Of a stretch of DNA of 64,000 nucleotides, positions 37,115 to 51,866 are shown piece after piece; the stretch's first letter is position 1; each line of letters starts with the position of its first letter. The stretch lies in assembly GCF_964194025.1 (NCBI RefSeq), contig NC_134479.1, positions 11,346,001 through 11,410,000 of the forward strand, written 5' to 3'. Made by a program: the position numbers and the translations under genes. Below the pieces are notes generated by a model that was not told the DNA's origin, did no database searches, and was given only the letters and a program-made list of their open reading frames with translations. This stretch comes from Convolutriloba macropyga. Lineage: Eukaryota.

Positions 37115-38400
37115 AGAAGCTTCTAGCTTGCTACTTCAACACCGGCCTTTTTAAAGGCCACCAAACCTTCGAAGTTACCTTACTGGCTTCAGCTTACTAC
37201 CTAGCAAGCTCAAATTAAGCTAAATGTCTTATTTTAAGCTCGAATTGAGGTATTTGAACTTCATTCAAAAACCCTTATTTGGTTCAGCCAATCAGATTGC
37301 GAGAAAGTGTTAGGCTATTTGGGAGCTCTTTTCTCGCACTCTGATTGGCTGAGAGCTCAATATACTGTTAGGCTACTTTGGGAGCTCTTTTCTCGCACTG
37401 TGATTGGCTGAAAAAGTGACGTGATATGACGTGGAAGCCGGCGTGCCTACGTGGCTGTTTTCTCACACTGTGGTTGGCTAAGCTCAATATGGGCTTTTGA
37501 ACGACTTTTTATATTTAGGTAGCAAAAAAGTTGGGTGCCCCAACCCAACCCAATTGCATTTACAATTGGAACAACCATTTACAAGACGACAGATGAGGAG
37601 CTAGATGAAGAGTTCGCAGTATAACACTTTCTCAGCAACGACGATAAGCCGACTTAGTTGTGTCTCTTAGTCTCTTTTCCAAGAGGCGAGGCTTTAGTTC
37701 CGCGCCACCCCCCTTCCCAAAGGCCCCTGCCAGAACTGCGCTGCCAATCTACACTACGCGGGAGTAGAGGCTGAGTCTACGCGGGACGACCCGGGCACCA
37801 AAGCACTTACTCCTGAGCTAGCTCGCACTAAGTCAAGAGTACCTGGTGGTATAATTAGAGTGTTGGCGGTACCACTTGCACTTCGGTTCCGTCGAGAGCA
37901 CAAGCCCAGGTTTAGACACCAAAGGGTTGGCGTACTCTCACGAACGCAACACTCGCCACCCCGAGCATCCTTTTCAGGAAGCTCGAGCTAGCTCAGGACC
38001 TGCAAGCTCCCTGGTGTACCCCCGTACCAAGAAGAATTCCCTCGAACACTAAGCCCTAGTCTGAAGCAAAGGAATCCCGGTGTTAGCCGTCCTGAGCTGA
38101 GGGCTTGATTCTAGCACTACGGCCTATAGATAGGAGGTAAGCTGCTAGTTTCACGCTTAGTGAGAGGGGGACCGAGCAAGACGCCGCGAGGACGACCTAA
38201 GAGAGTGCTAGACGCCACGAGACGCCGCGATCCCCGACGAAGAGAGTGCAAGACGCCGCGATCCCAGACGAAGAGGGTGCAAGAAGACAACTCTGCCCAC
38301 ATAGTGGGTGAAGACCAGAAGCACCGAAGACCAGAAGCAAGTACCTCTCTCCCTAGCCTCTGACCCCTCAATACGCGAGTCCTTCTGCTGAATACTCCCA

Positions 38401-39675
38401 ATGGCACACCGAAACCCCCTCGCTCGACCCTTCTTCCCCAACAGCTCGATGAACAACAACGCAGTGAACTGCTCAGATGCCAACCAGAGCCTAAATATGA
38501 CCGCCTTGACCAACATTAGCTCAGTCAGTCAACAAGGAACCAAGAGGAAAGCCCAAGACAGTGGTCCCCGAACAAGCTCCAAAGTCCGAAGAACCCAAAG
38601 TGACAGACCCAAAGTGATCTACTTCTCCTTTGACACACCAGTACCGAGCCTCAAAGACTTCAACCTCAAGCTGATTGCCCTGACCAACTGCCAGAACTAT
38701 GGAGAACTAAGGAAGTCCAAGAACGGCAAAGGCTTCTCCATCAAGCCAAAGACCACTGACATAGCCAAGACAATTACCCCGAGCAAAGTTACCACAGCCT
38801 TCCCCAACAGCAAAGTGAGACTGAGCACCATGACCACCAACAACTCAAAGCCAAGCTTCGTTATCACTAACATCGATCTCGATGTACAAACTGATGACAT
38901 CAAGACCGAGCTACAGAACCAACACATTGACGCTGAGACTGTGCACAGAATTACTAGCAGAGCCACCAACAACCCAACCCGACTAGTTAGAGTGTTCACC
39001 TCCTCTGAAGCCAACGCAAGAACAGCGGTAGAAAATGGGGTCTCTATCTTCAACCAACGCAAGAGATGTGAGAAATCAAGACAAGAGCCTCAAGTGATCC
39101 AATGTTTCAAGTGCCTCGAGTTTGGACACTGGAGCCATGAATGCTGTAACAGCGTAAAGTGTCGAAGATGCGGAGGCGAGCATCTCGTAAAAGACTGCGC
39201 ACAAACTGAACAAGAGACTAAGTGCCCAAACTGTGGAGAGAACCACTCCTCCAACTACCGAGGATGTGCAAAGTACCAGGAGGCAAAGTCAATCAGCTAT
39301 GCTCAAGCAGTCAAGAAGAGCCAACCAGAAACCTCTACCGCTTTCACGAAAATAGAGAAGATGTTAGAAACAATGAATGAGAGACTCAGCAACATCGAAG
39401 ACAAACTAACGCAGAGAGTAAAGACTTTAGAAGACCAAACAGCCCAGCTGACCATAAAGACAAGTTCAATCGAAAACAGCCAACTGAACAACTTCATGAC
39501 TCTCGCAGCCCTCATACAGTGCACACTAGACTCCTCACAAAAGAAGATTAACATCATGCAAGCTCTAAACTTCATCACAGGACAGACAATCAGCAATTCT
39601 CAGTTTGACGCGAAAGTGAAAGAATTCAAACAATACTTCGCCAGCCACAAAATCACATCTCAACATGGCAGATAA
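38401..39675 (+). CDS. LINE ORF1, three CCHC knuckles + predicted coiled coil
   Basis: CFKCLEFGHWSHEC, CRRCGGEHLVKDC, CPNCGENHSSNYRGC. Confidence 0.92.
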   Translation: MAHRNPLARPFFPNSSMNNNAVNCSDANQSLNMTALTNISSVSQQGTKRKAQDSGPRTSSKVRRTQSDRPKVIYFSFDTPVPSLKDFNLKLIALTNCQNYGELRKSKNGKGFSIKPKTTDIAKTITPSKVTTAFPNSKVRLSTMTTNNSKPSFVITNIDLDVQTDDIKTELQNQHIDAETVHRITSRATNNPTRLVRVFTSSEANARTAVENGVSIFNQRKRCEKSRQEPQVIQCFKCLEFGHWSHECCNSVKCRRCGGEHLVKDCAQTEQETKCPNCGENHSSNYRGCAKYQEAKSISYAQAVKKSQPETSTAFTKIEKMLETMNERLSNIEDKLTQRVKTLEDQTAQLTIKTSSIENSQLNNFMTLAALIQCTLDSSQKKINIMQALNFITGQTISNSQFDAKVKEFKQYFASHKITSQHGR

Positions 39676-42337
39676 CTTGACAGTTCTACAACTCAATGTT
39701 AGAGGGATGAGATCCCAACTTAGACTACTCGACACTCTACTAAGTGACAAAGGCGCTCATGTTGCCTGCTTCAATGAAACCAAGACAAAACAGCCGCCAA
39801 GACTCAAAGACTTCATCTTAGCTGCAAGCATTGACGACAACAAACATGGCTCAGCCATCTATGTTAGACGCGGACTCAGCTTCAAGCTCATCAACATCAA
39901 AGTTGTAAAATCAGACTCCAAAACCAACGAGATGCTACACATCAGACTCACGGACTCCAACATCGACATCATACTAATCTACTGCTCTCCTGACTTAGCC
40001 ATCGAACCAACCCACCTCCAATACTCAAATAGAAGAACTCTCATACTGGGTGACTTCAACATCAAATGTCCATACATTAACCCCAAATCATACAGCTTCA
40101 ATGCAACTGGACGAACAGTAGAGGAACGACTAGATGACGGCCTTGTGCTGCTGAATGACGACAGTGCAACGCACAAGAGTGGCTCAATCCTAGATCTCCA
40201 GCTCAGCACGATTGACCTCGCCTCGGACCTTGCATCTTTTCACACTGCAGACGGAACTTTAAGTGATCATCTAATGACGATAAGCCAATTTAACATCAAT
40301 GCTCCGAAACCCTACTATCTAAGACCAGATTGGAAGCAGTTCAAGAGGAAAGTGGCGGAATTCACCAACAGCACAGATGAACTAGATGAGAAGGCTAAAG
40401 AGCTGGCAACTCACATCAAGCGCTGCTATGACGACTGCCTAAGACCTCAACGACGAAGCTCCAACAAAGAAATAGCCAATCTAATCAAGACCAAGCATCG
40501 AATACAGAGGAGAGTCAGAAAACTCAGACGAAATGGACTAAGGGGTGATATGGACGAAAGAGAACTGACAGCTGAACTAAACAGAGTCTCAAAACAACTG
40601 ACCAGAACAATTAAGCTTGAGAAGCAACAACAAGAGAATAAACTGATTGAACAGCTCAATGACGACAAAAACTGCCAGAACTTCTGGAAGGCCTTCCACA
40701 GACTCAACAAAGACAATCAGCACAGCACAAATCGACTCAAGATGACTACACAAGAGGCTGCAAACAGCTTCGCAAACTCCCTCCAGCAGACCATGGTGAC
40801 GCACAGACCCGAGACAACTGAAGCGAGCGATCATCAAGAAGAAGTTGAGAGAAATATTGACGAAGCTGCGATAGACGCCTATGAAACACCAAGAGAACAC
40901 TGGCAAACTGATTTACGACCACAACTGCTTAGACGACTGATTTCTGAGAGAAAGAACACAGCCCCAGGCGATGACCAAGTTTCTTATAAGATCCTGAAAC
41001 AACTGCCAGACAACATCATAGAGAACCTCTGCGAACTCATTCAAGAATCACTCAAACGAGGCAAGATACCAACGTGCTGGAAGAAGGCCAAAGTCTGCAT
41101 GCTCCCTAAACCAGGCAAGGATCACACGAACATCAAGAATTACAGACCCCTCTCTTTGACAAGCTGCATTGGCAAACTAGGCGAAATTATCGTAAAGGAG
41201 CATCTGACCAAACACTGCGAGGACTTAAACGTATTCGGAAACACCCAAGGTGCATACAGAGCGAAGAGATCAACTGTTGACAATCTGCTATGCCTGACTC
41301 AACACGCCTTCAGCGAAGCTCTCTGGAAACGACCAACTGCAGCAGTCTTTCTTGACGTACAACAAGCATTTGATGCAGTGTGGCACAAGGGACTACTCTA
41401 CAGACTCCAGGAGAACAAAGTTCCAATGTGGATCATCAAATGGACCAAAGACTACCTCAAGAACAGAGAACTGAAAGTTGTGTACCAGCAAGCTGTAGCA
41501 GAGAGCTTCGTCCCAAGTGCCGGTGTCCCTCAAGGAGGAGTTATAAGTCCAGTTCTTTTCAACATCTATGTCAGCAAACCCGAAGTAGCAACAGCCAATG
41601 TTTCCCAGTATGCAGATGATATAGCACTCTACACGACCAACGCAACCTGCAAAGCAGCCACTCTAAGACTACAAAGAGCACTCGACACACTTGACCACTG
41701 GTGCAACCTGTGGAAGATCAAACTCAATCCTGACAAGACGCACTTCATGCTCATCACTCGTCTGAAAGACAAACAACAACTACTGACCCTCAAAGGAGCA
41801 CAATTGAAGACAACAAAGAAAACAACCTTTTTAGGAGCAGAAATATCAGACAGCTTGACTTGGACTGAGCACATCAACAAAGTTGAACAGAAAGTTTTCG
41901 CCAGGACAAACGGACTCAAAATACTCAAAGCTAAAGGAATCAGCTCTAAAAGCCTAATCAAACTTTACAAGATGACTATCAGACCAATCATGGAGTACGC
42001 CTCACCAGCCTGGGCCAATGCTTCGAACTCACTCTTACAAAGACTACAGATACTACAAAACAGAGCACTGAAGACAGCACTAGATCTACCTCCTTGGACA
42101 TCCAGGACAGAAGTACACAGCAAAGCTAACATACCGACCATGACTGAATACTTGACGAGACGCAACATCAACTACCTGAAACAAGCATCGAAGTACAACT
42201 CCTCTATAAGAGAACTCATCCAAGATGAACTGAAGACAGTACAAACCGATAGCAACCTCAGGACTCCGATACAGACGATACTGTTCCAAACAGCACTTGA
42301 GCGGCTCTCGATTTCATCAACTGACGTTCCAAATTAA
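39665..42337 (+). CDS. LINE ORF2: APE endonuclease + reverse transcriptase (890 aa)
   Basis: QLNVRG, NETK, GDFN, SDH, NYRPLSLTS, GVPQGG, QYADD. Confidence 0.95.
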   Translation: MADNLTVLQLNVRGMRSQLRLLDTLLSDKGAHVACFNETKTKQPPRLKDFILAASIDDNKHGSAIYVRRGLSFKLINIKVVKSDSKTNEMLHIRLTDSNIDIILIYCSPDLAIEPTHLQYSNRRTLILGDFNIKCPYINPKSYSFNATGRTVEERLDDGLVLLNDDSATHKSGSILDLQLSTIDLASDLASFHTADGTLSDHLMTISQFNINAPKPYYLRPDWKQFKRKVAEFTNSTDELDEKAKELATHIKRCYDDCLRPQRRSSNKEIANLIKTKHRIQRRVRKLRRNGLRGDMDERELTAELNRVSKQLTRTIKLEKQQQENKLIEQLNDDKNCQNFWKAFHRLNKDNQHSTNRLKMTTQEAANSFANSLQQTMVTHRPETTEASDHQEEVERNIDEAAIDAYETPREHWQTDLRPQLLRRLISERKNTAPGDDQVSYKILKQLPDNIIENLCELIQESLKRGKIPTCWKKAKVCMLPKPGKDHTNIKNYRPLSLTSCIGKLGEIIVKEHLTKHCEDLNVFGNTQGAYRAKRSTVDNLLCLTQHAFSEALWKRPTAAVFLDVQQAFDAVWHKGLLYRLQENKVPMWIIKWTKDYLKNRELKVVYQQAVAESFVPSAGVPQGGVISPVLFNIYVSKPEVATANVSQYADDIALYTTNATCKAATLRLQRALDTLDHWCNLWKIKLNPDKTHFMLITRLKDKQQLLTLKGAQLKTTKKTTFLGAEISDSLTWTEHINKVEQKVFARTNGLKILKAKGISSKSLIKLYKMTIRPIMEYASPAWANASNSLLQRLQILQNRALKTALDLPPWTSRTEVHSKANIPTMTEYLTRRNINYLKQASKYNSSIRELIQDELKTVQTDSNLRTPIQTILFQTALERLSISSTDVPN

Positions 42338-42680
42338 TGGACAAACCTACAAATCTTTACAAACTCAATTCAGCTTTTTCTTTATGACTTCATGACAATC
42401 TTCTCTTTTGGTGGCCTTAGATGACAAAGCAATGCAAAGTGCAAATCGACAACTCCTTCGACATCTCTCTTCCACAACGAACCTGACGACCAGACGCAAA
42501 ACCATGTACAGACCAAACATTGACTACAACTGCAAAGCAAGACGCGAGTTTACAAGGCTTCTTGAAAAGAAGCCAAAGAAGCTCAAGACAACCCCCTTCA
42601 CACACGGGTGCCCCAACCCAACCCAACACAACTACAACTACAACTAGTAAAAGAGGAGCAGCAGAGGACAGCAAGAGGAA

Positions 42681-43049
42681 ATGGCACCCAAAGTGAGCGG
42701 CAAAGCAGTGAAGAAGGCAGGCAAGGCACAGAAGAAGCCCTCTGGTGACAAGAAGAAGAAAAAGAAGAGGAGAGAGACCTACTCCCTCTACATCTACAAG
42801 GTGCTGAAGCAGGTCCATCCCGACACTGGCATCTCCTCCAAAGCTATGTCGATCATGAACTCGTTCGTGAACGATATCTTTGAGAGGATAGCTGGAGAAG
42901 CTTCGAGACTGGCCCACTACAACAAGCGATCAACCATCTCAAGCCGGGAGATCCAGACTGCAGTGAGGCTCTTGCTACCAGGAGAGTTGGCCAAGCACGC
43001 TGTGAGCGAGGGAACCAAAGCTGTGACCAAATACACCAGCTCCAAGTAA
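42681..43049 (+). CDS. H2B: histone H2B (downstream of element B1)
   Basis: Intact ORF + stem-loop. Confidence 0.95.
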   Translation: MAPKVSGKAVKKAGKAQKKPSGDKKKKKKRRETYSLYIYKVLKQVHPDTGISSKAMSIMNSFVNDIFERIAGEASRLAHYNKRSTISSREIQTAVRLLLPGELAKHAVSEGTKAVTKYTSSK

Positions 43050-44051
43050 AGTCCGTTGCTACTTAAGCAACAACACACAGGCCTTTTTAAAGGCCACCAA
43101 ACCTTTTGAAGTTAACTTAATAGCTGCAATGAAGCTCAAAACAAGCTAACTTGAAGCTAAAAACCTTATTTTCAAAGTTGCCGGTACCCTTATTCTATGT
43201 ATTTTCGAGCTATAGCTAGCTCGAGCTCAACTTAGCTAGCTTGAGCTAGCTAGTTTGAGCTTGAGCTAGCTAGTGTGAGCTTCAGCTAGCTAGTGTGAGC
43301 TTGAGCTAGCTAGCTCGAGCTTGAGCTTGAGCTAGCTGGCTTGAGCTTGCTAGCTTGAGCTTGAGCTTGCTAGCTTGAGCTTGCTAGCTTGAGCTTGCCA
43401 GCTTGAGCTTGAGCCTGCTGGCTTGAGCTTGAGCTTGCTAGCTGCAGTTAGAGCTAACTTGAGCTCTCTGCCAATCAGAGTGCGAGAAAAGCGCTCCCAA
43501 ATAGCCTAACAGTGGCAGCCAATCAGAGTGCGAGAAAAGCGCTCCCAAATAGCCTAACAGTGGCAGCCAATCAGAGAGCTAGAAAATCAAAATTGCATAG
43601 AATATAAGTACCTGCAGCTCTGAGCAGAGGTGAAGGTCCGAGCAGGCTTGCTCGGGCTTAGGCGAAGGTCCGAGCAAGCTTGCTCGGGCAAAGGCCAAGG
43701 TCCGAGCAAGCTTGCTCGGGCAAAGGCGAAGGTCCGAGCAAGCTTGCTCGGGCATAGGCGATGGTCCGAGCAAGCTTGCTCGGGCATAGGCGAAGGCCCG
43801 AGCAAGCTACCTCTAAGCTCCAAAACTGCCAAAACCCTTATTCTATATAACTCCTCAAAAGCTCTCAGCCAATCAGAGTGCGAGAAAAGCGCTCCCAAAT
43901 AGCCTAACAGTGGCAGCCAATCAGAGTGCGAGAAAAGCGCTCCCAAATAGCCTAACAGTGGCAGCCAATCAGAGTGCGAGAAAAGAGCTCTAAAATAGCC
44001 TAACAGTTGATTCAAGCTCTAAGCCAATGAGAGATCACTAGTTCGGGGTAG

Positions 44052-44534
<483 letters not shown>

Positions 44535-45005
44535 GAAGCTATCAGCTCTCCAACCCAAAACGGCCTTTTTAAAGGCCACCAAACCTTGCAAGTTAACTAA
44601 CTAGCTTCAAGCTAGCTTATAATAAGCTCAAAACAGCTTATAGCTCTTATTTTGAGCTTGAGTTGAGGTATGCCAACATTTTCTAAAACCCATATTTAAT
44701 TCAGCCAATCAGAAAGCGAGAAAATCAAAAGTGAATAGAATAAGTGTTTATGCAGCTTCTAGCAGCTGTAAGGTACGAGCAAGCTACCTCGGAGCCTGAG
44801 TAATGTACGAGTAAGTTACCTCGGCCTTCGGAAGCTCCCTAGCTGCAGAAACACTTATTCTATGCATTCTTGATTTTCTCGCTCTCTGATTGGCTGAGCG
44901 AAATATGGGTTCTTGAAAGGTATCTCTATGGCTCGTTTTAAGTTGAAATAGGGGTTTTTGAAGGTGTCAGCTCTCGACCAATCACATTGCGAGAAAATAC
45001 AGTGA

Positions 45006-45389
<384 letters not shown>

Positions 45390-45589
45390 GCTCTGAGCAG
45401 CTCTACCTCAACACAAACAGGCCTTTTTAAAGGCCACCAAACCTTCTAAAGTTACCTTAGTAGCTAGTAAGCTCAAGCTATGTAGCTAGCAAGCTCAAAA
45501 CAAGCTAATTGTCTTAATTTAAGCTTGAGTTGAGGTATCTGAACTTTGTTCAAAAACTCTTATTTCTTTCAGCTAATCAGAGTTCGAGA

Positions 45590-46033
45590 AACTGTTAGGC
45601 TATTTGGGAGCTCTTTTCTCGCACTCTGATTGGCTGCCACTGTTAGGCTATTTGGGAGCGCTTTTCTCGCACTCTGATTGGCTGAGAGCTTTTGAGGAGT
45701 TTTATAGAATAAAGGTTTTGGCAATTTTGGAGCTTAGAGGTAGCTTGCTCGGACCTTCGCCTATGCCCGAGCAAGCTTGCTCGGACCTTCGTCTATGCCC
45801 AAGCAAGCTTGCTCGGACCTTCGCCCATGCCCGAGCAAGCTTGCTCGGACCTTCGCCTATGCCCGAGCAAGCTTGCTCGGACCTTCGCCTATGCCCGAGC
45901 AAGCCTGCTCGGACCTTCACCGCTGCTCAGAGCTGCAGGTACTTATATTCTATGCAGTTTTGATTTTCTAGCTCTCTGATTGGCTGCCACTGTTAGGCTA
46001 TTTGGGAGCGCTTTTCTCGCACTCTGATTGGCT
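45590..46033 (-). repeat. inverted copy of the H3 upstream module, lying upstream of H2A
   Basis: Reverse complement of 43517-44008 apart from repeat-unit number; also 57315-57772. Confidence 0.9.
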
Positions 46034-46135
46034 TAGCAACATAAGGGTTTTTGGAACGCATTTTTAACTTAGGTAGCCATATGTGAGTCTGGGTAACAAC
46101 CATTTACAACAGACGAAGAAACAAGACGAAGAGAG

Positions 46136-46537
46136 ATGTCAGGCAAAGGAGGCAAATCGAAGAGCGGCAAGGTGGGAGCTAAGGCCAAGACCCGATCAAG
46201 CCGAGCTGGACTGCAGTTCCCCGGGGGCAGAATCCACCGATTCATCCGCAAGGGCAACTACGCTGAGAGGGTGGGAGCTGGAGCCCCAGTGTACCTTGCT
46301 GCTGTTCTTGAGTACTTGACTGCTGAGATCTTGGAGCTTGCTGGCAACGCTGCTAAGGACAACAAGAAGTCGAGAATCATCCCCCGACACTTGCAGCTCG
46401 CTATCAGAAACGACGAGGAGCTGAACAAGCTGCTGCAAGGAGTGACCATTGCTCAAGGTGGTGTGCTACCCAACATCCAAGCAGTGCTCTTGCCCAAGAA
46501 GCAGTCTTCCTCTCAGCCCAAGTCTGACAAGAAGTAA
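46136..46537 (+). CDS. H2A: histone H2A (FPVGR>FPGGR)
   Basis: Intact ORF, one substitution. Confidence 0.95.
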   Translation: MSGKGGKSKSGKVGAKAKTRSSRAGLQFPGGRIHRFIRKGNYAERVGAGAPVYLAAVLEYLTAEILELAGNAAKDNKKSRIIPRHLQLAIRNDEELNKLLQGVTIAQGGVLPNIQAVLLPKKQSSSQPKSDKK

Positions 46538-48226
46538 AGAAGCTTCTAGCTTGCTACTTCAACACCGGCCTTTTTAAAGGCCACCAAACCTTCGAAGTTA
46601 CCTTACTGGCTTCAGCTTACTACCTAGCAAGCTCAAATTAAGCTAAATGTCTTATTTTAAGCTCGAATTGAGGTATTTGAACTTCATTCAAAAACCCTTA
46701 TTTGGTTCAGCCAATCAGATTGCGAGAAAGTGTTAGGCTATTTGGGAGCTCTTTTCTCGCACTCTGATTGGCTGAGAGCTCAATATACTGTTAGGCTACT
46801 TTGGGAGCTCTTTTCTCGCACTGTGATTGGCTGAAAAAGTGACGTGATATGACGTGGAAGCCGGCGTGCCTACGTGGCTGTTTTCTCACACTGTGGTTGG
46901 CTAAGCTCAATATGGGCTTTTGAACGACTTTTTATATTTAGGTAGCAAAAAAGTTGGGTGCCCCAACCCAACCCAACCCAAGACGACAGATGAGGAGCTA
47001 GATGAAGAGTACGCAGTATCACACTTTCTCAGCAACAACGATAAGCCGACTTAGTTATATCTCTTAGTCTCTTTTCCAAGAGGCGAGGCTTTAGTTGCGC
47101 GCCACCCCCCCTCCCAAAGGCCCCTGCCAGAACTGCGCTGCCAATCTACACTACGCGGGAGTTGAGGCTGAGTCTACGCGGGACAACCCGGCCACCATAG
47201 CACTTACTCCTGAGCTAGCTCGCACTGAGTCAAGAGTACCTGGTGCTATAAGTTAGAGTGTTGGCGGTACCACTTGCACTTCGGTTCCGTCGAGAGCACA
47301 AGCCCAGGTTTAGACACCAAAGGGTTGGCGTACTCTCACGAACGCAACACTCGCCACCCCGAGCATCCTTTTCAGGAAGCTCGAGCTAGCTCTAGGACCT
47401 GCAAGCTCCCTGGTGTAACCGCTCCAAGAAGAATTCCCTCGAACGCTGAGACTAGTTGGAGGCAAAGGAATCCCGGTGTTAGCCGTCCTGAGCCGAAAAC
47501 TTGAGGCTAGCACTACAGTCTATAGATAGGCGGTAAGCTGCTAGTCTCACTCTCAGTGAGAGGGGGACCGAGCAAGACGTCGCGAGGACGAGCAAAGAAA
47601 GTGCTAGACGTCGCGAGACGCCGCGAGACGCCGCAATCCCAGACGAAGAGGGTGCAAGAAGACAACTCTGCCCACATAGTGGGTGAAGATAAGAGAAGCA
47701 CCACCGCACTCTGCTTGTCCAGCCTGAACCAATAAGCTCCTGTGTTGGGACATTGAACATCGCCTCTCTCCCTTTCAGTCATCGAGTCACGAGCCCCTTT
47801 TTAACTGTACAAAGATCAAGCTCTTCTACCAACTCGAAGAAGAGAACTCTCATCTCGAGCTCTTAGACTGTACAAACATCCAACTCGAGCTTCATAGACA
47901 ACAACTCCATTTTTACCTCTGTACAAAGACGAACCCTGTATAAACTCTCATCTCGAGCTTTTAGACTGTACAAACCTCCAACTCGAGCTTTTAGACAACA
48001 ACTCTACTTTTACCTCTGTACAAAGACGAACCCTGTACAAACTCTCATTTCGAGCTTTTAGACAACTCCACTTTTACCTCTGTACAAAGACGAACCCTGT
48101 ACAAACTCTCATCTCGAGCTTTTAGACTGTACAAACTTACAACTCGAGCTTTCATCAACCCCTGCTTCAAGCTTTTACCCCTGTACAAACATCAATTTCG
48201 AGCTTTTTACAACTCTAGTCTTTCAA

Positions 48227-49275
48227 CCTGAGCAACATATTAAAGTAGTCTACTTCACATTTGAACATGAAACACCGAGCCACAAAGAATTCAACCAGCA
48301 GCTGAAAAACTTAACTGGCAACCCGAACTACGGAGAAGTGAGGCGAAGTCAGAACGGAAAAGGCTACTCGATGAAACCAAGAACTATCGAGATAGCAAAG
48401 ATGATTACTGCAAACAAAGTCAAGGAAGCATTCGCAAACTACCAAGTCAAACTAAGCACTGCTGCCTCCAACCCGGTGAAACCGAGCTTCGTCATAACAA
48501 GTGTAGACCAAGACATCGATCCTGAGGACGTTAAAAGTGAGCTGCAAAGTCAGAACATAGAGGCAACATCAGTACATAGAATAACAAGTCGTGCAACCAA
48601 CCAACCTACGAGGCTCATAAGAGTGTTTACAAACACAGAGACAACTGCCAGGAATGCTGTTGACAACGGTGTCAAAATTTTCAATCAGAGAAAGAGATGT
48701 GCAAATGCTTCCAATATGACCACAAGGCGAAGGACTGCCCGAACAATCTCAAATGTAGACGATGTGGCGGAGAGCATGTTATAAGAGAATGCGATGTTGC
48801 TCCAGAAAGTGCCAAATGCTCTAACTGCGGAGAGAGTCACTCTGCAAATTATCGAGGCTGCTCCAAGTACCAAGAAGCACGAGCCAGCAGCTATGCTGAT
48901 GCAGTGAAGAGCAAGGCCCACTCTAGTCCACAAAGCTCTCTGAACAAGATCGAAGAAGTCCTCAGCAACATCGACAAGAGGCTCGAGAAAATAGAGAGCA
49001 ACCTCACTGAAAGGGTCCAAATACTTGAGAACAAAGTGGCTGAACTAAACAACAAGATCAATCTGGCGGAGCAAAGAGAACAAAACAGCATGACAATTAT
49101 TGCAGCCATGATACAATGCTTCTTCGACTCCCCAAAGCAGAAGATAAACATCCTCCAGGCTCTAAACGTTGTCTCTGGTCATAACTACAGCCAAGTTAAA
49201 TATGATGCAAAGATTAGAGAATTCAAGCATCAATTCGCAAGCCAACGATCATCAACTCATCATGGCAAACCTTAA
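48227..49275 (+). pseudogene. ORF1 remnant (start deleted, frameshift at ~48702)
   Basis: 213-bp and ~37-bp deletions vs A1. Confidence 0.85.
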
Positions 49276-51866
49276 AGTAGCTCAACTGAACGTCAGAGGC
49301 TTGAGACCAAAGCTCAGAGTTATTGAACCAATTTTATTAGACAAGGGCATTCATGTAGCCTGTTTTAACGAGACAAAAACGAAGCAGCCTCCTCATCTGC
49401 GAAATTTTATCTTAGCTGCAAGCATTAACGACAATATACATGGCTCAGCCATATATATAAGAGAGGGACTAAACTACTCACTGCTAGACAACAAATTCGT
49501 CAAAAACAACTCTAAAACCAACGAGAAGCTGCATATAAGACTCAAAGAATCTGATGTTGACATTACTCTGATATACTGTTCACCCGGCAATGAGATTGAA
49601 GCAAGTCACTTGGTCATGCACAATACAAAATGCATAGTGGTGGGAGATTTTAATCTCCAGAACATAAACATCAACCCTATGTCCACAAAGAGCGATGCAA
49701 CAGGTCGAGTCGTTGAGGAACTTCTGGATGAAGAATACATACTTCTGAATAACGACTTCCAAACGCATGAGAAGGGATCCGTTTTAGACCTGCACCTGTG
49801 CTCTAAGCCTTTGGCAAAACACTTTGTGAAGTTCGAAATATTTGAAGAGACTCTGAGCGACCACTATATGACCATCAGCGAATTTAACCTGCGAGTTCCA
49901 AAATCTAGATCACTGCGGCCAAATTGGAAATGCTTCAGAGAGAAAGTGAGTTGCTACAGAAGCCAGTATGCAGATTTGAACAGCAGAGCAGAAAGCATAG
50001 CAACCCACATTAAGACGTGTTACGAGAGCAGCCTCAAAGAAGCTAAGCCAATACAAAACAAAGAAATAGTCGCGCTCACCAGAAAGAAACACCAGCTGCA
50101 GAGAAAAGTCAGAAAGCTGAGAAGACTGGGCATGAGAGGATACTCAGAGGAGAGATACCTCACATCAGAGCTCAATAGAACATCGAGAAAGCTCTCACAA
50201 TCACTAATACAAGAAGGGCAGAATCAAGAACTGAAGATGGTGGCCAGCATGAACTCAAATGGGAAGGGCATCGATTTCTGGAAGGCTTACAAGAAACTCA
50301 CGCAATCTAGTAAGAGCAATGCAAACCAGCTCAAAATTAGCACGCAGGAGGCAGCAGATAAATTTGCTGAGAAACTGAAACAGAATATGAGAATGCATGA
50401 GGCTGTCACTCAGGAAGCTGAAGAGATTGAAGATCTAGTTGAAACATGCGTGAACGAGAATGAAATAGCACAGTTTCGCCTGCCCCCTAACCACCGCGAA
50501 ACTACAGTCGAGGTTGAACAACTGAGAAACATCATCAAAGGGAGGAAAAACACAGCTCCAGGACCTGACGGAATATCGTATAAAATATTGAAACAGCTAC
50601 CAGACGCAATAATGAAAGAACTCAGTGACATAATACAAAGCTCTCTAAAAGATGGAATTGTGCCTGACTGCTGGAAAAGATCCAATGTCTCTATGCTGCC
50701 CAAGCCAAATAAAGACCACTCTGATCTCAAGAATTACAGACCTCTCTCCCTCACAAGTTGCATCGGTAAATTGTGCGAAGTTGTTACCAAGGAGCACTTA
50801 AACAAGCACTGTGAAAGTAACGATATCTTCACCAAGGCGCAAGGCGCATACAGAGCAGGTCGCTCTACAACTGATAATTTACTCTGTTTAAGCGAACATA
50901 TTTTCAATGAAGCCCTCTGGAAGCAGCCAACCGCAGCAGCTTTTCTCGATGTTCAGCAGGCATTCGATGCGGTGTGGCATAAAGGACTAATCTATAAAAT
51001 GCAGCTAAACAAAGTGCCAGAGTGGATCATAAAATGGACCGTAAGCTATCTCAAAGACCGAGAGCTGACTGTAATATACCAACAGGCTGTGGCCAACAGC
51101 TTTAAACCAAGTGCAGGAGTACCACAGGGCAAAAGTCTCTCAATATGCAGATGATATTGCAATATACACGAGTGGCAGAAACTGTAGAGCAGCTACTTTC
51201 AAACTACAGAAGGCTCTCAACTCACTGGACATGTGGTGCAACCTTTGGAAAATCAAAATTAATCCCGAGAAAACAAACTTCATGCTATTGACCAGAAATA
51301 GAGACAAAAGCCACCACCATCTCAAACTGCAAGACGTAATTCTAAATCCATCGAAGTCGTCTACTTTTCTCGGAGTTGAGTTGAATGATAATCTAACTTG
51401 GGCGGCGCAGATCAGGAAGATTGAAAACAAGATGTTTGGGAGAATAAATGGACTCATGATGCTGAAAGCGAAAGGTGTCAACTCTAAGTGCCTCATATTA
51501 CTATATAGAGCAACGATACGACCAATTATGGAGTATGCTTCGCCGGCATGGGCGAATGCTCCCAAGCACAGCATCATGAGACTTCAAAGAAAACAAAACA
51601 AAGCCATAAGAGTAGCATTAGATCTACCCAGATGGACGTCGTCAGATGAGCTACATAACGCAGCAAACCTTCCCAGAGTGAGCACACTTCTAGCCCAGAG
51701 AAATATACAATACCTCAAGAGAGCTTCTAGCAACAACGCAGCAATAAGAGAACTGATCCAAGATCAACTTACTAACACGACCACTGAACTCCAATACATT
51801 ACACCTGTACAGACGATACTGTTTGAAACAGCGAAAAATAGACTCGACAATATGGGCAGTCCCTAG
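49262..51866 (+). pseudogene. ORF2 (APE-RT), frameshifted by 59-bp deletion at ~51131
   Basis: Split into 49169-51154 and 51111-51866 between GVPQG and YADD. Confidence 0.9.

Larger units (their letters stand above)
37554..42605 (+). mobile_element. non-LTR retrotransposon, family B copy 1, both ORFs intact
   Basis: Flanked by GGGTGCCCCAACCCAACCCAA at 37533-37553 and 42606-42626. Confidence 0.95.
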